Shown: positions 1 through 12,474, numbered from the stretch's first letter. The stretch: 64,000 nucleotides of DNA from Scyliorhinus canicula (GCF_902713615.1 NW_024055500.1:124001-188000), one strand, 5' to 3'. Made by a program: numbers and translations. The notes: generated by a model from the letters alone, not told the origin.

Positions 1-1030
1 CACAGACACTGAGAGAGAGTCACAGACACATAGAGAGAGTTACAGACACTGAGAGAGAGTCACAGACACTGAGAGAGAGAGTCACAGACACTGAGAGAGA
101 GTCACAAACACTTAGAGAGAGTCACAGACACTTAGAGAGAGACACAGGCACTGAGAGAGAGTCACAGACACTTAGAGAGAGACACAGGCACTGAGAGAGA
201 GTCACAGACGCCAAGAGATTCAGAGACATTTAGAGAGATTCGGGCACTTAGAGAGATTCACAGACACTGAGAGAGAGTCACAGACACTGAGAGAGATTCA
301 GACACTTAGAGAGATTCACAGACACTGAGAGATTCACAGACACTGAGAGAGAGTCACAGACACTTAGAGAGAGTCACAGACACTGAGAGAGAGTCACAGA
401 CACTGAGAGAGAGTCACAGACACATAGAGAGAGTCACAGACACTTAGAGAGATTCAGACACATAGAGAGAGTCACAGACACTGAGAGAGAGTCACGGACA
501 CATAGAGAGAGTCACAGACACTTAGAGAGATTCAGACACATAGAGAGAGTCACAGACACTGAGAGAGAGTCACAGACACATAGAGAGAGTCACAGACACT
601 GAGAGAGATACAGACACTTAGAGAGATTCACAGACACTGAGAGAGAGTCACAGACACTTAGAGAGAGTCACAGACACTGAGAGAGAGTCACAGACACTGA
701 GAGAGTGTAACAGACACATAGAGAGATTCACAGACACTTAGAGAGATTCACAGACACTGAGAGAGATTCACAGACACTGAGAGAGAGTCACAGACACTGA
801 GAGAGATTCAGACACTTAGAGAGATTCACAGACACTGAGAGAGAGTCACAGACACTTAGAGAGAGTCACAGACACAGAGAGATTCAGACACTTAGAGAGA
901 TTCACAGACACTGAGAGAGAGTCACAGACACATAGAGAGAGTCACAGACACAGAGAGATTCACACACACTGAGAGAGAGTCACAGACACAGAGAAATTCA
1001 GACACTTAGAAAGATTCACAGACACACTGA
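1..1030. repeat. Tandem minisatellite/satellite, ~18-22 bp unit (cacagacactgagagagagt and variants), truncated at window start
   Basis: Roughly 50 degenerate head-to-tail copies with no unique spacers, read directly. Confidence 0.95.
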
Positions 1031-1859
1031 CCGATGCGTTAACACACTAAACAGATATATGGTCACTACACAGATGGATATGTAGACACACCAACTGATG
1101 GATTATCAACCGAAGGAGATTTGGAGGGGATTTGTGGAGAAGTCCTTTTGTCCCATGGGGTACAGGGAGATTGGAAGCCACTGAATGAATGGCTGACAGA
1201 GGAGGAATCCTCAGCACATTTAAGAAGCATTTCAAACGCCATAGCAGATAAGGTTAAGGGGAAATGCTGGAAACAGGAATTCAGAGCGGATGGGTGTTTG
1301 ATGATCCCTAACCATAGTTTGTGTCACAACATCTGACGAAGGAGCAGTGCACCGAAAGCTTGCGATTTCACATCAACCTGTTGGACTTTAACCTTGGGAG
1401 ACTTCTCTGTCTGCAGCCTGAAACCCCCCCTTGCAGTGTCGGGTGGAGAGCGGTAGATGGCGCCTTCGCCCGTGGATTTGTGGCGCCTCCACCCGCCCAA
1501 TCCATCGCGCGGTGGATTAACACCAGCAATGTGTGGGTGTCGATATGGTGATTATTTTCTTTATGAATTTAGAGTACCCGATTCATTTTTTCCAATTAAG
1601 GGGCAATTTAGCGTGGCCAATACACCAACTCTGCACATCTTTGGGTTGTGGGGGCGAAACCCACACAGACACGGGGAGAATGTGCAAACTCCACACGGTC
1701 AGCGACCCATAGCCGGGATCGAACTTGGGACCTCAGCGCCGTGAGGCTGCAGTGCTAACCCACTGAGACACCGTGCTGCCTCTGATGTGGTCATTATCAC
1801 CAATGAGAATGCGCTGGATTTGGTTAATAGAGACTTGGTTGACACTGACTCTGCATTGA

Positions 1860-2053
1860 TGAGGATGTGGTCGAGTGTTGACAGTGTCTCCCAGTTCAGG
1901 CAGCCAATAGTGTGTGTCTTGTCAAACCCGCCCTCTCTGTACAAACCCTTGCAAGTGGAGGATGAGGATCCATCAATCTGCCCAGCGCTCTGTTCAGTGA
2001 GTGTCTGGAGGGAGGCATAGAGGGGTGTGTGCCTCAACACAGGCTCTAGGAGT
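1860..2053 (+). promoter_or_regulatory. Putative promoter of V1
   Basis: Block conserved with 4225-4420 upstream of V2. Contains TGTGGT (RUNX-type) 1866-1871, CCAAT 1904-1908 and CCCGCCC 1927-1933. No octamer seen. Confidence 0.5.
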
Positions 2054-2523
2054 ATGGAGTCAGTTCTAACTCTCAGTGTCTTTCTTCCCTTCTTAACCTG
2101 TGAGTAAATGGATATTTTCAGAGAATTTGCCACCTGTCCGTTTTGCATTAACCGATCCTTGAGGAGTTACACAAACTGGATTCACCTCACTTTAATGTTT
2201 GCTTCTTCACTATTACAGGTATCCAGGCGGAAGTGGTGTTGACCCAGCCTGAGGCAGAGACGGGGATCGCAGGGACCACCCTGACCCTGTCCTGTAAGAC
2301 CAGCGGGTTTGACCTTGGGGACTACTACATGTACTGGTACCGACACATTCCCGGGAAGGGTCTGGAATGGTTAGCTCGTTACTATTCTGAAAATGACAAG
2401 AATTACAATCCAGCCATTGATGGACGAGTTACTGCTTCCAAGGACCTTTCAAACAACATATTCTCCCTCTCTATCAGGGCATCAAGAGTAATAGACAAAG
2501 CTACTTATTACTGTGCACATTGG
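2054..2523 (+). CDS. V1: IgH-like variable segment (VHdelta/TAILV-like). Leader exon 2054-2099, intron 2100-2218, V exon 2219-2523
   Basis: Leader MESVLTLSVFLPFLT ends at a phase-1 GTGAG donor and resumes after TTACAG. V exon reads CIQA-EVVLTQPEAETGIAGTTLTLSCKTSGFDLGDYYMYWYRHIPGKGLEWLARYYSENDKNYNPAIDGRVTASKDLSNNIFSLSIRASRVIDKATYYCAHW, open with both Cys and the Trp. The motifs VLTQPE, CKTSGFDLG, GLEWL, YYS and TASKD-SNNIFSL resemble shark IgM VH. Confidence 0.92.
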
Positions 2524-2562
2524 CACAGTGAGACAGGTTACTTCCAGCCCTGTGCAAAAACC
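2524..2562 (+). promoter_or_regulatory. 23-RSS of V1
   Basis: CACAGTG 2524-2530, 23-bp spacer, GCAAAAACC 2554-2562. Confidence 0.95.
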
Positions 2563-2671
2563 CACAATGAGGAAATGTGGTCATTTCCCGCAGTATCTGA
2601 CAGCAATCACTCCACCATCCATATCATTTCATAGAAACAAATCGACCAGCTGGAGTTGACGGTTCAGTTTC

Positions 2672-3312
2672 AAAGAACAAAGAAGAATTACAGCACAGGA
2701 ACAGGCCCTTCGGCCCTCCAAGCCTGCACTGATCCAGATCCTCTATCTAAAACTGTCGCCTATTTTCTAAGGATTTGTATCCCTCTGCTCCCCGCCCATT
2801 CATGTATCTGTCTAGATACATCTTAAATGAAGCTATCGTGCCCGCCTCTAGCACCTCCGCCAGCGATGCATTCCAGCCGCCCACCACCCTCTGCGTAAGG
2901 AACTTTCCATGCATATCTCCCTTAACCTTTTCCCCTCTCACCTTGAACTCGTGATCCCGAGTCATTGAATCCCCCACTCTGGGAAAAAGCTTCTTGCTAT
3001 CCACCTTGTCTATACCGCTCATGATTTTGTAGACCTCAATGAGACCTCAACCTCCGTCTTTCTAATGAAAATAATCCTAATCTACTCAACCTCTCTTCAT
3101 AGCTAGCGCCCCCCATACCAGGCAACATCCTGGAGAACTTCCTCTGCACCCTCTCCAAAGCATCCACATCCTTCTGGTAATGTGGCGACCAGAACTGCAC
3201 GCAGTATTCCAAATGTGGCCTAACCAAAGTCCTATACAACTGTAACATGACCTGCCGACTCTTGTACTCAATTCCCCTTCCGATGCAGGAAAGCAGGCTG
3301 TATGCCTTCTTG
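2672..3312 (-). mobile_element. CR1-clade LINE 3' fragment inserted downstream of V1
   Basis: Minus-strand ORFs 3036-3485 (LYRTLVRPHLEYCVQFWSPHYQKD..ERVQRKFSRMLPG) and 2747-3022 match the CR1 ORF2 C-terminus. Absent from the paralogous position after V2. Confidence 0.85.
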
Positions 3313-4224
3313 ACCACTCTATCGTTTGTATTTTTCGCTCTATTTCGATGCAACTTTTGCCTCCCCACCCTAATAACGACCAGCTGTGGGGAAGATGTGC
3401 TCAGCTTTGGGGAGCCAATAAACAAAGTATAGTCATTTAAAAAAAACAAATTAGGGACAGAGGGATTTGTGGACAAATCATTCACCCAGAGGGTTGGGAA
3501 CCTGGAACTCTGCCTTGAAGGCTGGGCTTTGAGGTTGCATGGACATTTGAAACATCGTAGTGTATAAGGCTATCCAGTGTTGGGAAATAGGATTAGAATA
3601 GAGAGTGTTTGATGGTCCCCAATCACAGCTATTCCCATGGCAGCTATCTGCTCAATCAAGAAGATGCTCAACAGGAACGTAGAAAGGCACACGAGGCAAA
3701 CCATTCAGAACCATCGCCACTGCCATCTAGAATGACAAGGGCAGTAGATACCTGGGAACAGCACCATCTAGAGGTTCCCCTCCCAGTCACTCACCAGGGG
3801 GACTAATAATATTCCCCAGACTCTCCACATAACTGCAAAATACAAGGTTTGTTGGCACAGTTGGGATACGGAATTCCCGTGCTAAATGGATGGTGGAGCA
3901 GATTCAGCAATAACTTGCATTGAATATTAAATATACGGTTGAATAGGTCAATGTTGTTGCCGGAGTGGGGTCTAATGCCCATCGAAGTTTACTTGTGTAT
4001 CTCTGACAGATACAAACAGTAATTTTGATCTGACTGTAATTTTAACACCAAGTCGCATTAAAACATTCGACTAACACAGACCTGCACCAGTCACTAAAGG
4101 AGATTTAAGTTCCTGCTGGTATTGTTAACTGGAACATTAGGAATGTGCTTCAAATCGCTTCATTGAACAATGGGTTATTGCTGACTTTATGTAACAGAGA
4201 CTTTGCTGGGGCTCGCTCAGTACT

Positions 4225-4420
4225 GATGAGGATGTGGTCGTGTGTTGACAGTGTCTCCCTGTTCAGGCAGCCAATAGTGTGTGTCTTGCCAAACCCGCCC
4301 TCTCTGTACAAACCCTTGCGAGGGGAGGATGAGGAGCCATCAATCTGCCCAGCGCTCTGTTCAGTGAGTGACTGGAGGGAGGGATAGAGGGGTGTCTGCC
4401 TCAACACAGGCTCTAGGAGT
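4225..4420 (+). promoter_or_regulatory. Putative promoter of V2
   Basis: Paralog of the V1 upstream block, with TGTGGT 4233-4238, CCAAT 4271-4275 and CCCGCCC 4294-4300. Confidence 0.5.
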
Positions 4421-4888
4421 ATGGAGTCAGTTCTATCTCTCAGCGTGTTTCTATGCGTCTTATCCTGTGAGTTGATGGATATTTTCAGAATTTGTAAAGT
4501 CTCTGTGTTCCATTAATCTCTCCTTAGCGATTTACAGAAACTGGATTTACCTCACTATATTATGTGCCTTATCCATTTTACAGGTGTCAAGGCGGAAGTG
4601 GTGCTGACCCAGCCAGAGGGAGAGAAGGGGGTCGCAGGCCAATCACTGACCCTGTCCTGTAGAACCAGCGGGTTTGACCTTGGGAGCTACTACATGTACT
4701 GGTACCGACAGATTCCCGGGAAGGGCCCGGAATGGTTAGCTCGTTACTATTCTGAAAGTAACAATAATTTCAACCCGGAGCTTGGTGGACGAGTTACTGC
4801 TTCCAAGGACCTTTCAAACAACATATTCTCTCTCTCTATTGGGAAACTGGCAATAGCAGACAGAGCTACTTATTACTGTGCTCAGAGA
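4421..4888 (+). CDS. V2: IgH-like variable segment (VHdelta/TAILV-like). Leader exon 4421-4466, intron 4467-4583, V exon 4584-4888
   Basis: Leader MESVLSLSVFLCVLS, phase-1 intron GTGAG...TTACAG. V exon reads CVKA-EVVLTQPEGEKGVAGQSLTLSCRTSGFDLGSYYMYWYRQIPGKGPEWLARYYSESNNNFNPELGGRVTASKDLSNNIFSLSIGKLAIADRATYYCAQR, open with canonical Cys/Trp/Cys. Confidence 0.92.
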
Positions 4889-4927
4889 CACAGTGGAATG
4901 TATCACACCCAGCCCTGTGCAAAAACC
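4889..4927 (+). promoter_or_regulatory. 23-RSS of V2
   Basis: CACAGTG 4889-4895, 23-bp spacer, GCAAAAACC 4919-4927. Confidence 0.95.
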
Positions 4928-6457
4928 CTGAATGAGGAAATGAGGTCATTCAATCTGATCATCAAACAGCAATCACTCCACCGCTGATATAATTTGTAGA
5001 AGCAAATTTCCGTGTTGGAGTTGAATCTTCTGACTCTTTATAACGTTTGCCTCCCCGCTCAAATAGTGACCAGCTGTGTCGAAGTTGTGTCCCATTCTGG
5101 GGAGCCCAGAAATATTGTAAAGTGATAGAACAAAATTAAAATCGCAATCGGCAAATTAAAGACACATGTGCTTACCGAGCAACCTGTAGGTGGATCTGCA
5201 TTGTTACCAGCTAGGCTTGGACCACGTGTTGGAGAAGGGTATTCAAATCAGCGCCTAGTTTCATTTGATTGATTGATTGATTTGATTTATTGTCACATGT
5301 ACCGAAGTGCAGTGAAAAGTATTTTTCTGTGGCCGAGGGATCGTACACAGTCCGTACATAGTAGACAAAGTGAAGAATCCACAGAGTACATTGACTAATG
5401 GTACATCGACGAACAGTGATTGGTTACAGTGCGGAACAAGGGGCCAAACAAAGCAAATACTTGAGCAAGAGCAGCATAGGGCGCCGTGGATAGTGTTCTT
5501 ACAGGGAACAGATCAGTCCGAGGGGGAGTCGTTGAGGAGTCTTGTAGCTGTGGGGAAGAAGCTGTTCCGATGTCTGGATGTGCGGATCTTCAGACTTGCA
5601 TTTTTCTCTGCATTTTGGTCAATGCCCACCCGATAGGCTGAATGGTCTCTTTCTGAACCGTAACCGCACAGACAGTGACAAGCCGGGAATCGAACCTGGG
5701 ACCCTGGAGTGTGTGAGTCCACACTGTGCTCCCGTGCTGCCCTTACAGGCCACATAGTTGAAGGGGTTGGCAATAGGCCAATCAGAGATGTGCACATCCC
5801 ATTAATGTACATGCGTTTGTTTCTCAAAGTTGAATATAAAGCCCTATGTTATCACAGTGCTGTAGAGTAAGTTGATTCCATTAGGGACACACATTCTTGC
5901 TCTTATTATAGATGCGCTGGTACAAATGTGACTGCAGAGCTCGGAGTGTATCCGTCCCATTAAACGGTGAATAAAGTGGCCCATTCCTTCATACAGGAGA
6001 ACTGATGGCGGTGTTGTAGATTGTGAAAGAGAGGGTAGATGCTGGGGAGCACCGTCCACATGTGGGGACGATCTAAACAGAGGTGTGGTTATTCAACATT
6101 GTAAAGAACCAATGCAGAGAGTGTTCCTGGAGGAACTTCCTTGCACAAAGAGTAGCGAGAACGTGGTAGGGTCTCTATGTGAAATGTATTATGGCTGATT
6201 ATTTGGATGCATTCGTGGGGATGTCAGATGAACACATGAAATCACCACAGTGATATTGGAGGCCATTCAGCCAATCAAAGCTATACCGACCCTCTGGAAG
6301 AGCACCCTGGCCCCAGGTCCCCTCAACCGCCGTATCCCTGTAGCTGCAAATATCCTTTGTGGACATTTAGCTTGACCACTCCCCCTGCACAACGTTGGAC
6401 TGTTGGAAACCCTCACAGGCACTGGGAGAACGTGCAAACTCCACATAGACAGTCACC

Positions 6458-6860
6458 TGTCATGATATGCAGACATGCAGATAATGATATACACACAGGC
6501 ACAGACAGGCAGCTAATGGACACACAGAACAGGACATGACCAATGAGCAGGCAGGACATTCAGGGGTGGTATCTCACTATAAAAGGCACGAGGCACTCAC
6601 ACTCCGCCTCTTCCTACTGATGAACATCCACAGAGTGAGTCAGGGTGTATGTACAGTATCACACCTCACGCACGTGGCTAAGAGCTAGTCTCGTTCAATC
6701 AGAGAGTAACCACACTAAGGTTAGCAGAGAGTCGAACTCATAGGGAACTGTGCTACTGTTTCAATAAATCAGATTGAACTAACTTCAAGATCTGGAGTAT
6801 TTTTTCGTTAAAGCTGCATCCAGTTGCAGCCCGTGTTATCCCAGAGTACATAACATGACA
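6458..6860 (+). mobile_element. Solo LTR (403 bp) inserted into a SINE
   Basis: TGTCATG...CATGACA termini, 5-bp TSD TCACC (6453-6457 and 6861-6865), TATAAAA near 6577 and AATAAA near 6763. It splits the SINE motif agacagtcacccaagg. Confidence 0.8.
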
Positions 6861-9800
6861 TCACCCAAGGTCGGTATCGAACCCTGGCCCCTGGCTCTGT
6901 GAGGCAGCATTGCTAACCACTGAGCCACCGTGACGCCTGGGAGGAATGTGAAAAATAAAATGACACAGATATGGGATAAAGTAGGGAATGTGACGAGGCT
7001 CATGTGGTGCATTTACAACAACATAATAAATAAGAACTGCAATTACTCATTCGTCATTTCGAGGTTGCAATGTTATTTAATAAGATTGTGGATGACCATC
7101 TGCAGCAAATCCACCATCGTGAACTCTCTCCTATCTGAACTGCAAACTGACCTGCGGTTCAAATGCACCCAAAGACTGAGCAGACACCGTTCTCTGGTGC
7201 AGAACATTATAAATCTCCATCTTCGCAGCCTCTTAGCGTCCTCTCCTCGTCACATCTTGTATTCCAGTCTGGCGTTGTGACATATGCAAAACTAGATACA
7301 TTATTGCGTTGCATCTTAGTGCATATCGTTGGTATAGATTGTAAATGGTCCCATCAAAGATCCTTGAAGCATTCCGAGTATTGGAACCTGCCAATTTTAA
7401 AATGCCGCATGTAAGGTGGGGCGATGGTATTGTTAGTGAACTAGTAAAGCCACTAACTGGGATAGAAGCAAATTACTGCCGATGCTGTCATCTGAAACAA
7501 AACAGAAAATGCTGGAAACTCTCAGCAGGTCATCATAGAATTTATATTCGGCCCATCGATTCTATGCCTGCCCTTGGAAAGAGCATCCCACTCAAGCACA
7601 CCTCTCCGCCACCCGATCCCCTTCACCCAGTAACCCCAATTAACTTTTTTGTCGACACTAAGGAAAATTTAGCACGGCCAATCCACCTAGCCCGCACATG
7701 TTTGGAGGAAACCGGAGCACCCGGAGGAAACCCACGCACACACGGGGAGAACGTGCAGACTCCGCACAGACAGTGACCCAGCCGGGAATCGAACCTGTGG
7801 ACCCTGGAGCTGTGAAGCAACTAGAACATAGATCAGAACAGGCCCTTCGGCCCTCGATGTTGTGCCGAGCAATGATCACCCTACTCAAACCCACGTATCC
7901 ATCCTATACCCGTAACCCAACAACCCCACCCCCCCCCTAACCTTACTTTTTAGGACACTACGAGCAATTTAGCATGGCCAATCCACCTAACCTGCACATC
8001 TTTGGACTGTGGGAGGAAACCGGAGCACCCGGAGGAAACCCACGCACACACAGGGAGGACGTGCAGACTCTGCACAGACAGTGACCCAGCCGGGAACCGA
8101 ACCTGGGACCCTGGAGCTGTGAAGCATTTATGCTAACCACCATGCTACCGTGCTGCCCGACAGCCTCTCTGGAGAGAGAACAGAGCTAAAGTTTGAGGTC
8201 TGGGTGACTCTTTGTCCAGGGTCTCTGCAGATCAGGGTTCGAAACCAGGTGTTTTTGATACTGTAATTTAAGCTCTGATTATGGGCATTAACCCATTACC
8301 CAACCCTCTATCTGTGCAAACATAATCATTTATTTTGCCTATGGCACTCATATGTTGCTTCTTATCAAACAGATATTTGTAAATCCAATTATATGACATC
8401 GACTGGCTTCCCATGGTCTATCCTGCTGTTTGTATCATAAAACAAAGTTCATAACTTCATCCAATGGTGAATTTGATGCCCACAGGGTCTGGTTTAGCAC
8501 GGTGGGCTAAGACAGCTGGCTTGGAATGCAGAATAAGACCAGCAGCGCAGGTTCAATTCCCATTCCAACCTCCCCAAACAGGCGCCGGAATGTAGCAACT
8601 GGGGACTTTTCGCAGTAACCTCCTTCAAGCCTACTTCTGACAATAAATGATTATTATTATTAATTCCTTTCGTATCCCGGCCTTGGATCGTGTGGAGTTT
8701 GCACATTCTCCCCGTGTCTGCGTGGGTTTCGCCCCCACAACCCAAAGATGTGCAGGTTAGGTGAATTGGCCATGCTAAATTGCCCCTTAATTGGAAAAAA
8801 TAATTGGGTACTCTAAATTTTAAAAAAAATTAATTTCTTTCGTAAAACCATATTGATATTCATGGACCCTGCTCTCATTTTCCAATCGCATTCTAAATAT
8901 TGCCTTACTAACAGATTCTAGCAACTTCACGCCTACTACTTAATAATCCTTACTATTTTCTCAAGTAGGCTAACATGAACACTGCAATGAACATACTGTG
9001 AAAAGCCCTTAATCATCACATTCCGGCGCCTGTTTGGGTACACAGAGAGAGAACTCAGAACGTCCAATTGGCCGAACAAACATATAATTCGGGACTTCTG
9101 GGAAGAAACCTGAGCACCCGGAGCAAACCAACGCAGACACGGGGGAGAACGTGCAGACTCCGTGCAGAGTTACCCAAGCCGCGAATCGACCCTGGAGCTG
9201 TGAAGCAATAGTGATGCTAATCCAACTGACCAGTACTTAACTGTTTTCCCTCTCTGCCTTCTTTCTTCAAGAGCAACCTCATTAAATGCACGAGGAAATG
9301 AAATACAAATAGAACGTTATGTTGGTCACGTTACAGCCCTTGGCACTGACTTCAGCAGCTTTAGATTGTGATCTTTCTCCTCGATCTGAAACCTTTTTTT
9401 AGAACACCACATTCACGTATCGCCTCAATGCAACCGTCCTTCCCTCACCAAGCCATTTGTCTTTTGTTCTTAAATGTTCACATTGCCTGCTCCCACAGCT
9501 AAAATTTAATATCTACAACATTCTCCCTCTCTTCAGTTCTGACGAAGACCCTGAAGAACTCGAATCGATAGCTCTAATTTATCTCCTTCCAGATGCTCCC
9601 TTACCTGCTGAGTTTTTGTCGGAATCTTCTATTCTTGTTTCAAATTGGAGCCTCCGCAGTAGTTTTTTCACATTAAATCGTTATGTTGATGGTTCAGATG
9701 AAGAACGCGCCGCACAGTGGTTAGCATTGCTGCCTACGGCGCTGAGGACCCGGGTTCGAATCCCGGCTCTGGGTCACTGTCCGTGTGGAGTTTGCACATT

Positions 9801-12394
9801 CTCCCCGTGTCTGCGTGGGTTTCGCCCCCACAACCCAAAGATGTGCAGGTTAGGTAAATTGGCAATGCTAAATTGCCCCCTAATTGGAAAGAATAATTGG
9901 GTACTCTAAATTAAAAAACAAAACAAACAAAAAAGATGAAGAACGCTCCTTTGTCTCATAAGAAACACTACGGACAATTTAGCCTGAGTGCTCTGTACAT
10001 TGTGCGCAAAATACAAGATATAAAAGTGAACGTGTGTCTCTGTCACTGTGTTGACTGTAGATAGAATCACAGAATAATACAATGCAGGGGAGGCCATTCG
10101 GCCCATCGAGTCTGCACCAACGCATGAAACACCCCTGACCTGCCTACCTAATGCCATTTGTCAGCCCTTGACCCATCGCCTTGGATCTAGTGACGTGCCA
10201 AGTGCGCATCCAGGTATTTCTGATGAATGTAGAACCCGCCTCTGCCACCCTCCCAGGCAGTGCATTCCACACCGTCACCACCCTCTGGGTAAACTTTCCT
10301 CAAATCCCCCTTGAACCTCCTCTGCCCCTCACCTTGAACTCGTGTCCCCTCGTAGCTGAACCTTCAACTAAGGAGAACAGTTGCATCCTATGCACCCTGT
10401 CCATGCCCCTCATAACCTTGTGCACCTCGATCAGGTCGCCTCTCAGCCTTCTCTGCTCCACCGACAACAACTGGGTTATATAGCACCTCAACTGGAGGTT
10501 ATGTGTAAATTGCTTGTGACGCGTCTGTACCGGAAGTATGTATCAAACCGAGGCAAAGGGAACTCTGAATAGAAAATAGGACAGGAAGCAGCAGCTCTTG
10601 CATTCAGAATTTCTATATCCCCGGTGTTTCCAATGTGAAGACAAATAACAACCTCTGCATCAGTACACCACATTATATTTAGAAAGAGAACTTTATCCAT
10701 TTTGTCATCTTTCAGCCTTAGATGTGTGTGAAGACATTATAATAATCTTTGTTGTCACAAGTAGGCTTACATTAACACTGCAATGAAGTTACCGTGAAAC
10801 GCTCCATGTCTTTGCAACCTCTGGGGTCCGCTGGCAAGTTTTCTCCTTTCCCCTGACACGCTCCATAAACATCAGCTGATCCAAACTCCAGAACTTCGCC
10901 CCCACCAGGTAGGACTAATCCAGGACTGGACATGGCGGTGTAGTGGTCACTGCACTGGATCAGTGACCCTAAAACCTGGACTCTGTACACATGGGATCGA
11001 ATCACACCATGGCTAGTTGGTGGAATTGAAATGCAAGGAATAAACCTGGTGTTGTAAATTATTCTTCGCAATATTGTCTGAGAAAGTGTTGGATTGATTT
11101 CCATTAAGGATAGTTGCCAACCTTACCTGCTCTGAATCAACACCTCTGGTCTGCCGTCTGGATTGATCTAACCTGGTCACATACCCATGAGGGAATAAGT
11201 TAAAACCACCATTGGCTTCAGGTTAAATGTCCAAATCAGAAGCCGGTCCTTCAATGGTTGTTATTCTCACTATCTATGTCAGCTCCTCCAAACTGCGTGA
11301 CAGGTTTTGTGTTCTTGCTTCAGCTCTGCCCATTTGCAAGTGTCCCACCTCATTTGAACTCCACGATTCGAGTGGGGGGGGGGGGGGGGGGGCTTTGAAA
11401 CACCCTTATCCTGAGCTGGGGAATTAATAACCTCAGACCACCATCCCCTGCCTATCGACCTCCATCGCTTTAATAAGCCTCATGATAGGCAGCACAAGGG
11501 CAGCACGGTGGCCTAGTGGTTAGCACAACCACCTCACGGCGCTGAGGTCCCAGGTTCGATCCCGGCTCTGGGTCACTGTCCGTGTGGAGTTTGCATATTC
11601 TCCCCGTGTCTGCGTGGGTTTCGCCCCCACAACCCAAAAATGTGCAGAGTAGGTGGATTGGCCACAGTAAATTGCCCCTTAATTGGAAACAATAGTTGGG
11701 TAATCTAAATTTAAAAAAAAAAAATGATAGGCAGCACAGTGACGCAGTGGTTAGTATTGCTGCCTATGGCGCTGAGGACCTTGGGTTCGAATCCCGGCCC
11801 TGGGTCACTGTCCGTGTGGAGTCTACACGCTCTCCCCGTGTCTGCATGGATTTCACGCCCCCAACCCGAAGATGCGCAGGGTGGGCGTATTGGCGACGCT
11901 AAAATTGCCCCCTAATTGGAAAAAATAATTGGGTACTCTAAATGTGGAAAAAAATCGGGCAGCACGGTGGAGCAGTGGGTTCGCCCTGCAACCTCATGGC
12001 GTCGAGGTCCCAGGTTCGATCCCGGCTCTGGGTCACTGTCCGTGTGGAGTTTGCACATTCTCCCCATGTTTGTGTGGGTTTCGCCCCCACAACCCAAAGA
12101 TGTGCAGGGTAGGTGGATTGGCCTTGCTAAATTGCCCCTTAATTGGAAAAAAATAATGGGGTACTCTCAATTTATATTTTAAAATATAATTCTCATGACA
12201 ACTTATCCATTTGACCCTGCTTCCAGATCACCTGTCCTCACAGTTGACCCTGTACCAAATGTCCCTCCAGCCTAAGCTCATGTGAAGTCCCAAGGCGGTT
12301 TTTAACTAGGGGAGAGGTGGGTGGAGGAATGGAATTGATGTTTGCAGCTGCCGGAGAGATCACATGAGCCTTTCCACAGCAGCAGCATCTGGAG

Positions 12395-12474
12395 AGTTTT
12401 TGTGCTGGTGTGTATCACTGTGTGGACTTGGGACGCACAGTAGTTCAATCCGCCTTACCCCCTGTACAATAACC
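12395..12474 (+). CDS. TRDD: TCR D segment TGGACTTGGGACG (12423-12435) with 5' 12-RSS and 3' 23-RSS
   Basis: AGTTTTTGT 12395-12403, 12-bp spacer, CACTGTG 12416-12422; then D; then CACAGTA 12436-12442, 23-bp spacer, ACAATAACC 12466-12474. The 12/23 layout is typical of TCR D segments. All three frames are open (WTWD, GLGT, DLG). Confidence 0.9.

Noticed and set aside
1-1030. CRISPR-like array
   Set aside because: Vertebrate DNA with head-to-tail units, no unique spacers and no cas genes.
2054-4927. Reading the V genes as a shark IgM/IgW V-D-D-J-C cluster
   Set aside because: No 12-RSS D within a few hundred bp of either V, no WGxG J with 23-RSS and no IgH C exons. The downstream J segments are FGxG with 12-RSS and the C has a TCR TM.
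2054-4927. IgNAR V or NAR-TCR double-V cassette
   Set aside because: Both V exons have full-length FR2/CDR2, and there is no dedicated D-J plus splice acceptor to a supporting V between them.
5853-6253. Isolated CACAGTG heptamers at 5853 and 6247 (also CACTGTG at 10044 and 63833)
   Set aside because: No nonamer at 12 or 23 bp and no associated coding segment.
7063-7150. Possible second D (GGTTGCAAT-12-GATTGTG, 21 bp, CACCATC-23-GCAAACTGA)
   Set aside because: Spacing fits, but all four motifs are far from consensus. Not supportable without RIC scoring or repertoire data.
11498-11570. tRNA-like heads (tagtggttagc..ggttcgatcc) throughout the window
   Set aside because: They are SINE 5' pol III promoter regions joined to SINE bodies, with no complete cloverleaf.
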